DNA of 64,000 bases from Leptospira sp. (GCA_034439575.1 JAWXAQ010000036.1:96566-160565); one strand, 5' to 3'; shown: positions 39,945-50,790, numbered from the stretch's first letter. Numbers and translations: made by a program. The notes: a model not told the origin generated them from the sequence alone.

Positions 39945-41165
39945 TTAAGGTTTTTGATTCGGAATATAAAGTTTAAAACTTGTAACGATTCCTGGTTCAC
40001 TTTGGACTAGGATTTTTCCGCCATTGATATCTATATAATCGTGACAAAGGATGAGACCTAGACCTGAACCTTTTTCCTGTTTGGTTCCGAACCTTGATTT
40101 TGAAATTCCAATTTGGAATAAATTTTGAATTGTCTCGCTATCCATTCCCATTCCGAAATCTTTAATTTCGAATATAAAAAAGTTTCCATCATTATTTCCG
40201 TAGATTTCAATTTTCCCTGATTCATATGAGAATTTTATGGAATTCGAAATTAGATTCCTTAAAATAATTTTCATCATATTGGGATCGGCAAAAACTTCCA
40301 TTGTATCTGGAAAATGAGTGATCACTTCAATTTTTTTGTTCGTTAATGATATCTTCAATAGATCTAATGTCTCTTCGACTACAAAAATCAGATTCATGAA
40401 TTCTGGTTTAAAACGAATGTTTCCACTTTGAGCCTTCGACCAATCTAAGAGATTTTCCAAAAGTGTAAAAATTGATTCGGATGATTCTTTGAGACTTTCT
40501 AAAATTTTTGCTTTTTCCATAGGAGAGGCGTCAGAATTTTCTTCCGAAAGATATTTTAATCCACCTGAAAAATTACTGATTGGTCCGCGTAAATCGTGCG
40601 CTAAGATAGAAAAAAATTTATCCTTAGTTTGGTTGAGACGACGCAATTCACTTTCACTTGCGAGAAGTGAATCTTCCGTTATTTTTCTCTTTGTGATATC
40701 TGTGGAAATTCCCACAAGACCGATGATCTTTCCATTTTTTTCAACTAACGGATGCTTTGTTTCCCAATAGATTTTTTTTGATCCATCGCTCTCAATGACA
40801 AAAATTTCTTTTTGACTGACTTCTCCTTTTTCAAGAACAATTTGGTCCACTCGGTAAAGTTCAGCTACGGCATCGGGAGGAAAAAATCTATCATCGGGAG
40901 AGCCAGGTAGTTCATCCTTTGTTACTTTGAAAAGTTCTAAGGTGGGTTTATTGGCAAAAACGTATTTGTGATCAAGACCTTTAATATATATGAATGCACT
41001 GACAAAATCAAGAGCCTGTGTTTTCACTTTAATTTCTTTTTTCAATCGTTTTAGATTTCTTAATAAAACAATGATAAGAAATAAAAACGATATCAGAAGT
41101 GTCAGTAAAACAAACACAAACCAATTTTCTGTATAGATTTCAACCAAAACTAAATCCTTAAGCAT
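39945..41165 (-). CDS. PAS-domain sensor histidine kinase
   Basis: One TM, PAS (GISTDITKRK), AHDLRGP, NSIKFS, GSGLGL; start uncertain (41165 or 41258). Confidence 0.88.
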   Translation of the reverse strand: MLKDLVLVEIYTENWFVFVLLTLLISFLFLIIVLLRNLKRLKKEIKVKTQALDFVSAFIYIKGLDHKYVFANKPTLELFKVTKDELPGSPDDRFFPPDAVAELYRVDQIVLEKGEVSQKEIFVIESDGSKKIYWETKHPLVEKNGKIIGLVGISTDITKRKITEDSLLASESELRRLNQTKDKFFSILAHDLRGPISNFSGGLKYLSEENSDASPMEKAKILESLKESSESIFTLLENLLDWSKAQSGNIRFKPEFMNLIFVVEETLDLLKISLTNKKIEVITHFPDTMEVFADPNMMKIILRNLISNSIKFSYESGKIEIYGNNDGNFFIFEIKDFGMGMDSETIQNLFQIGISKSRFGTKQEKGSGLGLILCHDYIDINGGKILVQSEPGIVTSFKLYIPNQKP

Positions 41166-41606
41166 TCTGACTGGAAAGTATTCAAATTTATAAAAGCTTT
41201 CAATCAGTTTTGATTTTATCCTTGTTTTTTTTGGCTCAAATTTATGAAACGAAAACAAGGAAACTCATAGATACAGTTAATATCACAAAATTTTATGCTA
41301 AACTCAGCATAAGAATTAAAACAAATTCCAAACAGAAAAATTTTTTAGAAAATATTGCTGAAAATCTGTTACTTACTCCGCTCTCCAAAGATAATAATAT
41401 TCCAATTGAAAGAGAAGTAAATCAGGAGGCCATAAAAGACACCTTTTGACTGTTAGAAGATACGGAAGTTGTGACGGCAACTAGAAGTCAAACTAAAATC
41501 AAAGAAAGAGGATACCAAGCCCCAAATTCAGAAACGATTCCCGAGACTCGCGAAAGATTGCTCGGTATGGGAATTCGGTCACCGCATATGGCGAGAATAT
41601 TTATAA

Positions 41607-41783
41607 GTGATTCCAGAAGATATTATGAAATTTGGTCTCTTTCCTGAATTTATAAATCGTCTTTCCATCGTGGCGATAATGGATGAATTGAATGTAAAAT
41701 CATTAAAATCCATTTTTACAAAACCTAAAAATTCTCTACTCAAACATTACCAGAAGGTGTTTGATATTGAAAAAATACCTTAG
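41607..41783 (+). pseudogene. clpX: Internal fragment of clpX
   Basis: Own translation VIPEDIMKFGLFPEFINRLSIVAIMDELNVKSLKSIFTKPKNSLLKHYQKVFDIEK matches the ClpX PEDL.KFGLIPEFIGRLP...EPKNAL.KQY segment; flanked by stops. Confidence 0.8.
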
Positions 41784-41891
41784 AGGTCGATAGTTCTTTA
41801 TTGATCTATTGTAAATTTATTTCTTAAAATTCTTTAAAAAGTTTCGTCTCATTCCCTAAATGAAGTATCAATTATTTCTGATGAAGGAAGA

Positions 41892-43127
41892 ATGATGAAC
41901 TCTAGGGTCTTATTGGCAGAAGATGATTTACCTGCCAATAATTTTTTAACGAAAGCTCTTCAGTCAAATGGCATTGATGTCGTGTCGACAAATAATGGCC
42001 AAGATGCATGGAATGAATTTCAAAAACAAACTTTTTCTGTCGTACTTACCGATTTGGATATGCCTTTCGTACGCGGAGAAGAGTTGATTGATAGAATTCA
42101 GAAGGCGGATCTAAAAGTTCCTCCAGTAATAATTGTCATTACTAGCTTGCATGACTCAAAACATATCATAGAAATCATGAAAAAGGGTGTTTTTGATTAT
42201 TTGATAAAACCCGCTGATGCCGCTCAAATCATTCTCAAAGTTAAACATGCTTCCAAAAGTTACGAGTTACAGAAAATTAACTACGTTTTGGCGAGCGAAA
42301 AGGAATTGCGTCTAACAGAACAATTAGACTGGATCAAATATAAAAATAATATCTCAGATAAAAATATAGGTAATTATAAAAATAATATAGTTCAAAGTAT
42401 GAGGCATAATCTTGGCCAAACGGGAGGTTTCGGAAATCTCATGGCTTTACTCGAAATTGTCCAGATAGATGCAAAGGAAGAGGGAGATAATTACATAATC
42501 AGCAAAGAAATATATAATTTATTAAAAGAAAATATTGGCATCATTGATAAAACATTTGTAGTTCTTGAAAATATTACGAAAATTTCTGAATCAAAGTTAA
42601 ATTTGGATCAGGTATCGGCAAAGGATATATTCGAACTTACCCGCTCTATCGTTAATGAAAGTGAAACCTTTGCTAAAATAAATTCGCAAACTATGATTAT
42701 GGGAGAAATTCGAGATTCGTATTCTGATCATTACATCAAATTTCATAAAGAATCCTATCGCCAATTGATGAATGAAGTGTATTTGAATGCCTTCAAATTT
42801 TCCGAAAAGGAATCTAAGATTTTTACCCTCTTCCGAATCCAAGATCGTAAGTTAGTTGTCTCAATAATCATTGATCCGGCGAAATATATCGATGTTGTAG
42901 GAATTCCTCTCGAGTATAGCAATTTAGTGTTCGAACCTTTTTTTCGAATAAACAAATTCGTTTTTGAAAAGTTTTCCAGCATGGATATTGGTTTAGGATT
43001 AACTTTAGTAAAAGAACTGATCAAAAAAATGGAAGGTGATGTATCTATCTCGAATATTAAAGAATTTACGGTCCTTGATTCAAATAAAATCAAAGTGAAT
43101 TTGGAAATATATTTTCCTTTAATTTAA
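41892..43127 (+). CDS. Receiver-domain/atypical histidine kinase hybrid
   Basis: LLAEDD, VLTDLDMP, YLIKP; MRHNLGQ; NAFKFS, FEPFFR, GLGL. Confidence 0.85.
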   Translation: MMNSRVLLAEDDLPANNFLTKALQSNGIDVVSTNNGQDAWNEFQKQTFSVVLTDLDMPFVRGEELIDRIQKADLKVPPVIIVITSLHDSKHIIEIMKKGVFDYLIKPADAAQIILKVKHASKSYELQKINYVLASEKELRLTEQLDWIKYKNNISDKNIGNYKNNIVQSMRHNLGQTGGFGNLMALLEIVQIDAKEEGDNYIISKEIYNLLKENIGIIDKTFVVLENITKISESKLNLDQVSAKDIFELTRSIVNESETFAKINSQTMIMGEIRDSYSDHYIKFHKESYRQLMNEVYLNAFKFSEKESKIFTLFRIQDRKLVVSIIIDPAKYIDVVGIPLEYSNLVFEPFFRINKFVFEKFSSMDIGLGLTLVKELIKKMEGDVSISNIKEFTVLDSNKIKVNLEIYFPLI

Positions 43128-45373
43128 TGTCACAAACAAAATCAACTTTTTGTGATTCTGAACCGATTCATTTAATCAATGAATTACAAGACTTCGGGCT
43201 ATTGATTATAATTTCACCTGAACATAAAAAAATCATAGCGGTCGGAGAGAACTGCCCGTCTTATTTAGGTTTATCTCCCGAGGATGTTTTAGGTCAGCAA
43301 ATAGATGATTTTTTTCCTGAGTTAAATATTCATTTATTCGAATTGGATGATAAATTAACAAAAGTTAAAAACAATGTTTTGTCCATCGCCTTTTCTAAAC
43401 TTAAAACCATTTATTTTATAAATATAAGAAAAATAGATGAATTTATTATTTTAGAAATCGAAGTCGAAGAAGAAGGCCATGCGATGCACTCTGCGCTTGA
43501 ATTCAACACACAAATGGCATCCATTTTATCTACAAAGAATATTGGCCAGATATGCGATTTCTCTGTAAAAACGATACAAAAGTTAGGCGACTTTGACAGA
43601 GTTGTATTATATAAATTTAAGGAAGACTTTTCTGGCGAAGTAATAGCAGAAACTAAAAAAGAAAGTATCGATTCGCTTTTTGGTTTTCATTTCCCTGCCT
43701 CCGATATTCCTCTTCCTGCGCGAAAGATGTTTGAAAACAATCCTATTCGAGTGGTTATTCGAAAGTCAAATCGTGTGCTTCGAATGATTCGAACCAAGGA
43801 ATATTCTAAATATAATTTTAATTTGGGAGGTGCCGGACTTCGTGCACCACATTCTCAACATATTGAATATTTAACGAACATGGGCATCGACACTTCACTT
43901 TCCATCTCTCTTGTATGTGAAGAGAGACTTTGGGGCTTGATCATTTGTCACAACTTGCAAACGAGAGTTCCAAGCCCTTCAATCAAAAATTATATGACAG
44001 TTTATGCTAATCTTGTATCGATTCAATTAGATTTGATGATCCGAAATGAAATTAGTTCCTCGTCACTTGAGATAGAAACAAGGTTATTACGATTGATTGA
44101 AAGAATAAATCAAAGTCAACTCGTAGACATTGCAGAGTTTTTTAAACTCGAATCGGTTTTCTTTTTAAGGATACTCGAGGCTGATGGATTTTTGATCCAA
44201 TGGAATGGCGTAATACATGTGTTTGGTGAAAATCCTTCGCTTTCAAGTCTTTCAGTAATATTTGAATTTCTTGAATCGAACCATTCTCAAAAAGTTTTTT
44301 TTACTGATCAATTAGGAAGTTTCGACGGTTTTGAAAGCGCTGATTTCGAATCTTTTCCTGGTATATTTTCCTTACCAATTTCATTTCATAAGGGAGATCG
44401 CCTTGTCTGGTTTAAAAAGGAAATGCCACGGACAATTTTATGGGGAGGAAACCCAGAAAGTACAATCATAAGAAGTTCTCAATCAATTTCACCTAGGAAA
44501 TCATTCGAAAAGTTCATAGAAAATGTGAAAGGTAAATCTGCCCCTTGGCCTAAGTCTAAAATAATTGCAATGGAAAGTTTTTTAGCGCTGAGAGATATAA
44601 TAGAAAGAAAAATAATCATATCCGACCTTGAACAATCTTTGTTAAAAGTTAAGAATTCGGAAGCTGATTTAAGAAATTTAAATCTAACGAAAGATCGTTT
44701 TTTTTCAATCATCTCACATAATTTACGATCGCCTTTTTCTGCCCTTATAGGCTATTCAGATATTTTGTTAGAGGCGTTAAGTGATATTTCAAAAATTGAT
44801 CTAACGGATGTTAAGGAATACGCTAAAAATATTAGCGTTAGTGCGTTTAAAGCGTTTAAGTTACTTAACAATTTGTTCGAATGGGGAAGATTACAAACCG
44901 GAAAAATAGTTGTTGAACGTCGAGAATTTGAACTTTCGACATTGGCTGACGAATTGAAATATACCTTTATACCAAGTTTTAAAGAAAAGGATATAGTTTT
45001 AAAAATCAGCTGTGCGGAAAATTTGAAAATACTCTCTGACTATGATGGATTGCTCTCAATCATAACACAGGTATTTAATAACGCAAAAAAATTTTCGAAA
45101 CGATTCACTGAGGTATATTGTCAAATTTACCAAACGAACGAATTGTCTGTATTTGAGGTTATTGACCAAGGGATTGGAATTAGTTTAGAAGATTTAGACA
45201 AACTATTTAAAATTGATTCAAAGTTTTTGAATCCTGGTACAGAGGGAGAGACTGGAACGGGGTTAGGACTTATCATTGCCAAAGATTACTTAACTTTACT
45301 CAATGGAGAGATTTCGATTTCCAGCACACTCGGTCAAGGAACTGCGATTAAAATATCGATTGCAAACAGTTAA
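43127..45373 (+). CDS. bphP: Bacteriophytochrome (PAS2-GAF-PHY-histidine kinase)
   Basis: N-terminal CDSEPIH (biliverdin Cys), DRVVLYKF, FPASDIP, HIEYLTNMG, LWGLIICH, WGGNP, PRKSF; HK C-terminus. Confidence 0.93.
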   Translation: MSQTKSTFCDSEPIHLINELQDFGLLIIISPEHKKIIAVGENCPSYLGLSPEDVLGQQIDDFFPELNIHLFELDDKLTKVKNNVLSIAFSKLKTIYFINIRKIDEFIILEIEVEEEGHAMHSALEFNTQMASILSTKNIGQICDFSVKTIQKLGDFDRVVLYKFKEDFSGEVIAETKKESIDSLFGFHFPASDIPLPARKMFENNPIRVVIRKSNRVLRMIRTKEYSKYNFNLGGAGLRAPHSQHIEYLTNMGIDTSLSISLVCEERLWGLIICHNLQTRVPSPSIKNYMTVYANLVSIQLDLMIRNEISSSSLEIETRLLRLIERINQSQLVDIAEFFKLESVFFLRILEADGFLIQWNGVIHVFGENPSLSSLSVIFEFLESNHSQKVFFTDQLGSFDGFESADFESFPGIFSLPISFHKGDRLVWFKKEMPRTILWGGNPESTIIRSSQSISPRKSFEKFIENVKGKSAPWPKSKIIAMESFLALRDIIERKIIISDLEQSLLKVKNSEADLRNLNLTKDRFFSIISHNLRSPFSALIGYSDILLEALSDISKIDLTDVKEYAKNISVSAFKAFKLLNNLFEWGRLQTGKIVVERREFELSTLADELKYTFIPSFKEKDIVLKISCAENLKILSDYDGLLSIITQVFNNAKKFSKRFTEVYCQIYQTNELSVFEVIDQGIGISLEDLDKLFKIDSKFLNPGTEGETGTGLGLIIAKDYLTLLNGEISISSTLGQGTAIKISIANS

Positions 45374-45457
45374 AATCCTAGTTCCACTTACGACCGTCTT
45401 GCTTACTTCGGCACTTAACTCTCGCTAAATGCCAAATCGATCAAAAAATTAAATGAA

Positions 45458-46480
45458 CTACCTAATCCCAGGCTTAATGTATTTCAACTCATCTAAGTAT
45501 CTTCCGGTACCTAATACCACGCAAGTGAGTGGGTTTTCTGCACGGAAGACTGGCACACCTGTTTCTTTTGTGAGATAGTGTTCTAGTCCACGTAACAAAC
45601 AACCACCACCCGTTAACACAATCCCACGTTCCACGATATCTGCCGCAAGTTCTGGAGGAGTGCGTTCCAATACGGATTTGATACCGTCTAGGATTTCGTC
45701 CGTTGGTTCTTTGAGGGCTTTACGAATTTCGTTGGAGTCAAGTTCGAGAGTGCGAGGAAGACCAGAGATGGCATCGCGACCTTTCACCTCCATCGTGTCC
45801 ACGCGTTTGTCGGCGAAGGCATTTCCGATGGTAAGTTTGATATCTTCGGCAGTTCTTTCTCCGACAACTAAGTTGTATTGGTTACGGAGGTATTTAACAA
45901 TAGCTTCATCAAATTCGTCACCACCCGTGCGGATGGACTCAGCGATCACCATACCACCTAGAGAAATGACAGCGATTTCTGTCGTTCCCCCACCGATATC
46001 GACAATCATATTTCCTGCTGGTTCGTGGATGGGGATATTCGCACCAATCGCTGCGGCTAGGGCTTCTTCAATTAAAAAGATTTCACGAGCGCCAGCTTGT
46101 TCTGCGGACTCTCGGACGGCACGTCTTTCTACTTCGGTAATTCCGGAAGGAACTCCGATGACGATGCGAGGTTTTACAAACGTAGTGCGGTTGTGCACTT
46201 TCGCAATAAAATAGCGGATCATTTTTTCAACAGTTTCAAAGTCGGCGATCACTCCGTCTTTCATGGGACGAATGGCAACGATGTCACCTGGAGTTCTCCC
46301 TAGCATTCGTTTGGCTTCTTGGCCAACGGCTAAGACCCTTCCCGTGGATGCTTGGACTGCTACGACTGATGGTTCGGAGAGGACGATCCCTTGTCCCTTA
46401 ACGTGGACGAGAGTGTTGGCAGTACCGAGGTCGATACCCATATCGTTTGAAAAAAGGCCGTAGAGATTGTCAAAAATCAT
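45458..46480 (-). CDS. mreB: Rod-shape-determining actin homologue MreB
   Basis: [36 protein letters not shown]. Confidence 0.98.
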   Translation of the reverse strand: MIFDNLYGLFSNDMGIDLGTANTLVHVKGQGIVLSEPSVVAVQASTGRVLAVGQEAKRMLGRTPGDIVAIRPMKDGVIADFETVEKMIRYFIAKVHNRTTFVKPRIVIGVPSGITEVERRAVRESAEQAGAREIFLIEEALAAAIGANIPIHEPAGNMIVDIGGGTTEIAVISLGGMVIAESIRTGGDEFDEAIVKYLRNQYNLVVGERTAEDIKLTIGNAFADKRVDTMEVKGRDAISGLPRTLELDSNEIRKALKEPTDEILDGIKSVLERTPPELAADIVERGIVLTGGGCLLRGLEHYLTKETGVPVFRAENPLTCVVLGTGRYLDELKYIKPGIR

Positions 46481-46633
46481 ATAAAGTCCTGGTGAAAGAG
46501 TGAAAAAGGTAGGAAACTCGGGATGGCAATGCAGAAAACCATCAGAAATAAATAAAACTACCTGTTCACAATAATTTTCGGCTGGTTTTTGCTTTCAACC
46601 GTAAAAATTTTCTATAGAGTTTGTACTACCGAA

Positions 46634-48235
46634 ATGATACCATTCAGCCAGCGATTAAAGAAGCGTAACGAGCAAGTTTCCAAAGAAAGAATCCTTGCAG
46701 CCATCGATTTAGGAACCAATTCCTTCCACATTGTCATCGTTCGCATTCGAATTGACGGAACACTTGAGTCCTTAACCAAAGAAAAGGAGTCGGTGCGATT
46801 GGGGAGCGGTAGCGGGGATTATGCGGTCATTGCCAACGATGCCATCGAGCGTGGAATTTCTTGCCTAAAAAGATTTAAAACTCTAGCGGATTCCTACCAA
46901 GCCGAAATTCGGGCTGTCGCCACAAGTGCGTTACGCGAAGCCGAAAATCGTGAAGTATTTTTAGCTCGAGCAGAGAAAGAAGTGGGTCTGAAAATAGACG
47001 TTGTTTCTGGAAATGAAGAAGCAAGACTCATATATTTGGGCATTTTACAAGGTTTACCAGTATATGATAAAAGAATACTTCTGATTGATATTGGTGGAGG
47101 AAGTACGGAGTTACTTGTAGGAGAAAAAGGAGAAATTCTATTTTCCACAAGTCTCAAGTTAGGTGCAATACGTTTAACTGAAAAATACTTAAAGAATGAT
47201 CCTTTGTCTATGTTGGATTTGCAAAAATGTCGCATCCACATTGAATCGGTTCTGACTGCTTTTTTGCCTCAAATTGAAAAATGGAAACCCTTTCAGGTTG
47301 TAGGCTCATCTGGAAGTATAACATCTATTACATCTATGGTTCTGGAACGTAATGGAGAAAAAAGGGACAGATTGAACGGTTATGAATTTTCCTATGACCA
47401 ATTCAAGGAAGTTCGAAAAGCCGTGCTTGATGCAGAATCAGTAAAAAAAAGATTAAAGATCCCCGGTCTCGAAGCAAAACGCGCAGATATCATAGTGGGT
47501 GGAGTTCTTGTTTTGGATGAAGTTTTGCACAGATTGAAAGCTCCTTCACTCATAGTATCTGACTTTGCCTTACGAGACGGAATCGTTTATGACACAATCG
47601 AGTCTTGGTATAGGCATGAGGACTCAAATGCACCTGCGCTGGACAATATCCGCGAAAAAGCGATAAAATCTGTTAGCAACCTTTATCCTCAAGGTAAAAA
47701 ACATGCATTGCAGGTTACTAAATTAACTCTTCAGCTATTTGATGACCTAAAAGGCTTACATAGATTAGGTGCACAGGAAAGAGAATATTTAGAAACCGCC
47801 TGTCACTTGCACCAAGTTGGTCTATGTATCTCTCACCATTCCTATCATAAACATAGTTATTATATAATAAAAAACTCTGAGGCAATGGTTGGCTTTTCCA
47901 ATGCAGAAATCGAAATCATTGCACTTATTGCCAGATACCACAGAAAAGGTGGACCAAAACAAAAACATGAAGAATTCAAAATTCTAAGAGCTGAAGATCA
48001 GATTCTTGTAAAAAAACTTGCATCTTTGTTACGAATAGGGGATGGTTTGGATCGCTCAGAAACTTTGATCTTGGATTCTTTGTCTGCTAGTTTGCAAGGG
48101 GGAAAAGTGATTTGCGAATTAAAACATGACAAACAAAAAGACCCTCATTTGGAACTTTGGTCTGTGGCAGAAAAAAAAGATCTTTTTGAAGAAACATTTA
48201 ACGTTAAAATAGAATTTCAAACCAAGGCAAAATGA
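46634..48235 (+). CDS. ppx: Ppx/GppA exopolyphosphatase
   Basis: AAIDLGTNSFH, ATSALREA, DIGGGSTE, C-terminal HD-like region. Confidence 0.93.
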   Translation: MIPFSQRLKKRNEQVSKERILAAIDLGTNSFHIVIVRIRIDGTLESLTKEKESVRLGSGSGDYAVIANDAIERGISCLKRFKTLADSYQAEIRAVATSALREAENREVFLARAEKEVGLKIDVVSGNEEARLIYLGILQGLPVYDKRILLIDIGGGSTELLVGEKGEILFSTSLKLGAIRLTEKYLKNDPLSMLDLQKCRIHIESVLTAFLPQIEKWKPFQVVGSSGSITSITSMVLERNGEKRDRLNGYEFSYDQFKEVRKAVLDAESVKKRLKIPGLEAKRADIIVGGVLVLDEVLHRLKAPSLIVSDFALRDGIVYDTIESWYRHEDSNAPALDNIREKAIKSVSNLYPQGKKHALQVTKLTLQLFDDLKGLHRLGAQEREYLETACHLHQVGLCISHHSYHKHSYYIIKNSEAMVGFSNAEIEIIALIARYHRKGGPKQKHEEFKILRAEDQILVKKLASLLRIGDGLDRSETLILDSLSASLQGGKVICELKHDKQKDPHLELWSVAEKKDLFEETFNVKIEFQTKAK

Positions 48236-50790
48236 AACAGATACTTTTACTTATTATAATATTCTTTTTTAATTTATCTATTCATTCACTCCCGATTGAT
48301 TTGAGTGATAATTGGCATGTTACAAATCGTTGGGTTTTGGAAGAAACACCAAAAACATCAGAATGGATCACTTTAGAAAGTCTTCCTCTCGCGAATGTTA
48401 CTTCCAAATTAGATTTTTCGGAAAATGAAGTTCGTCAACTAACAGCATATAAAACTTTTTTAATCTCTGATGCCGATTTTAAATCTGTAAAAAATGATGC
48501 TTTTAGTTTGCACATACCCTATATTTCAAATGTGTATAAAATATATCTCAACGAAATAGAAATATCTTCTGCGGGAGAATTGGAAGATTCCCAAATCACA
48601 AGGAGTGGTTATCGCAGGCATATTGTATTACGATTGGATCGAGATCTGATTAAGATTGGGCAAAATAGTTTAAGAATTTTAGTCGCGGCCGAATACGGTG
48701 AAGAACTAAATATTTATAAACTTCATAATGACATTCCGGCTAAAATAGATTTAGCTTCCGAAAATCAAAAGATTAATGAAGAATACTTCACCTATATGTT
48801 GTTATTTTTGTATTTTTTTGTGGGAGTCTATCACGGATTGTTTTATATCAAAAGAAGAATGGAGGCATATAACTTATATTATGCTCTGTTTTCGATATTT
48901 CTTTCGATTTATATGATTTTTAGATCTCAAGCTATCTATTATTTAGGTATGGATCCTTATGTCCAAACTCGAATAGAATACTTTATCGTTTTTTATATTC
49001 CTATATTTCTAATGTTGTTTTTGGATAATTTTTTCCATGGAAGGCTTTCTAAACTTTCCAAAATTACTTTTTATGCCATCACTTTTATTGCCGTATTACA
49101 AATATTTGTTTCTAGAGCGATATCTAGCAAAATACTTCTCGGTTGGCAATTATCAGTATTAGTTTTGTCCTTGTATTCCATTTTCGTGATAGTTCGGGCA
49201 GTTTTTCAAAAAAATAAAGACGCCTATCGCATGATCATTGGATTTTTGCTATTACTTGGCACAGGTATGTGGGATGTGTTAGGTGCAACAGGTCTACTTC
49301 CTATCCAAAATTTGAATCTACTTCGCTTTGGTTTTTTAAGCTTTGTCCTAGGGATTGCCGTTGTCCTTGCTAATCGTTTCCTTCGTGTCCACAATGAAGT
49401 AGAAAACTTAAATGCCACCTTAGAGCGAAAGGTCGAAGAACGTACAAACGAATTACAAATGACCTTAACCCGCGTTCAAGAATTGAAAGTCCAACAAGAT
49501 GGGGATTATTTTTTAACTTCACTTTTACTTGAACCATTATCCGCTGTCAATGGTTCATCAAGTTCCGTTTATATTGATTCCTATACCAAACAGAAAAAGG
49601 AATTTGAATTCAAAGGTAAAAAACGTGAAATTGGTGGAGACATCATCATTAGCGAAAAGATAGAGTTAGGTGGTAAAACATTTATTGTATTTGTGAATGG
49701 AGATGCCATGGGCAAATCGATTCAAGGGGCAGGCGGAGCCCTTGTGTTAGGTGTTGTATTTTTATCAGTAATCAAACGTACATTATCAAAAGAAGAATAC
49801 CGAAGCAAATCTCCGGAAAGATGGTTGAAGGATTGTTTTTTGGAACTTCAGTCAATTTTTGAATCCTTTGACGGAACCATGCTCATCTCTGTCGTTCTGG
49901 GTCTTATTGAAGAAGAGACAGGGCTATTGTACTTTGTAAATGCAGAACATCCTTGGACAGTTCTTTATCGAGATGGAGTGGCTAGTTTCATTGAACAAGA
50001 GTTAGAACTTAGGAAAATTGGTATCAAAGGTATGGATGGAGATATCAGGGTTCGAGTTTTTTCATTGGAGCATGATGACGTATTGTTTGTGGGTTCTGAT
50101 GGAAGAGATGATATAGTTGTAGGTCAAGATGATACGGGAAACCGTTTGATGAATGAAGATGAGACTCAATTTTTAAAGCATGTGGAATATGCGAAAGGAA
50201 ATCTAACTTCGTTAATTGAGAGACTTCGAACAATTGGCGAGTTATCCGATGATTTGACAATTATGCGTATCGAATGGCTTGGTTCTACAAAACACTTAGT
50301 GAAAAGAGACACATTGGAGATTGAAGGTAACACCTTCCCTACATTAGAATACAAAAAGATTATCGAATCAGGTCAGACACAAGATGCATTTGATTATATA
50401 CAAAACTTGTTAACTGAGGCAAAATTTGATGCAGAAACAAAACCATATTTTTTAAAAGAAGCCGCAAGAGTTGCCATATTAAATAAAAACTTTGATTATG
50501 CGATAGAAACCATTGAATCTATAATTCCTTATTTTTCCACAGACAATGAACTCTTATTGCAATTGAGTTTTGCATATAGAAAAAACAAAAATATTTTTAA
50601 AGCCATAGATTTAGCCGAAAGAGTGAGATCAAGAGATCCGAAACATTTTAGAAATTTAATCCATTTGATTGAATGTTATAGGCATGCTAAGCAATTAGAT
50701 AGGGCCAATAAATTATTCGCGAAAGTCGCTACAATTGATCCTGAACATCCACAAGTTCTAAGACTTAAGGATATACTTAGTCCAAAATAA
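48232..50790 (+). CDS. 7TM-DISM / SpoIIE (PP2C) phosphatase with C-terminal TPRs
   Basis: QQDGDYFLTS, IGGD, GDAMGKS, NAEHP, GSDGRDD, SDDLT. Confidence 0.88.
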   Translation: MKQILLLIIIFFFNLSIHSLPIDLSDNWHVTNRWVLEETPKTSEWITLESLPLANVTSKLDFSENEVRQLTAYKTFLISDADFKSVKNDAFSLHIPYISNVYKIYLNEIEISSAGELEDSQITRSGYRRHIVLRLDRDLIKIGQNSLRILVAAEYGEELNIYKLHNDIPAKIDLASENQKINEEYFTYMLLFLYFFVGVYHGLFYIKRRMEAYNLYYALFSIFLSIYMIFRSQAIYYLGMDPYVQTRIEYFIVFYIPIFLMLFLDNFFHGRLSKLSKITFYAITFIAVLQIFVSRAISSKILLGWQLSVLVLSLYSIFVIVRAVFQKNKDAYRMIIGFLLLLGTGMWDVLGATGLLPIQNLNLLRFGFLSFVLGIAVVLANRFLRVHNEVENLNATLERKVEERTNELQMTLTRVQELKVQQDGDYFLTSLLLEPLSAVNGSSSSVYIDSYTKQKKEFEFKGKKREIGGDIIISEKIELGGKTFIVFVNGDAMGKSIQGAGGALVLGVVFLSVIKRTLSKEEYRSKSPERWLKDCFLELQSIFESFDGTMLISVVLGLIEEETGLLYFVNAEHPWTVLYRDGVASFIEQELELRKIGIKGMDGDIRVRVFSLEHDDVLFVGSDGRDDIVVGQDDTGNRLMNEDETQFLKHVEYAKGNLTSLIERLRTIGELSDDLTIMRIEWLGSTKHLVKRDTLEIEGNTFPTLEYKKIIESGQTQDAFDYIQNLLTEAKFDAETKPYFLKEAARVAILNKNFDYAIETIESIIPYFSTDNELLLQLSFAYRKNKNIFKAIDLAERVRSRDPKHFRNLIHLIECYRHAKQLDRANKLFAKVATIDPEHPQVLRLKDILSPK

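Noticed and set aside
45660-46214. 184-aa plus-strand ORF
   Set aside because: Antisense shadow of highly conserved mreB
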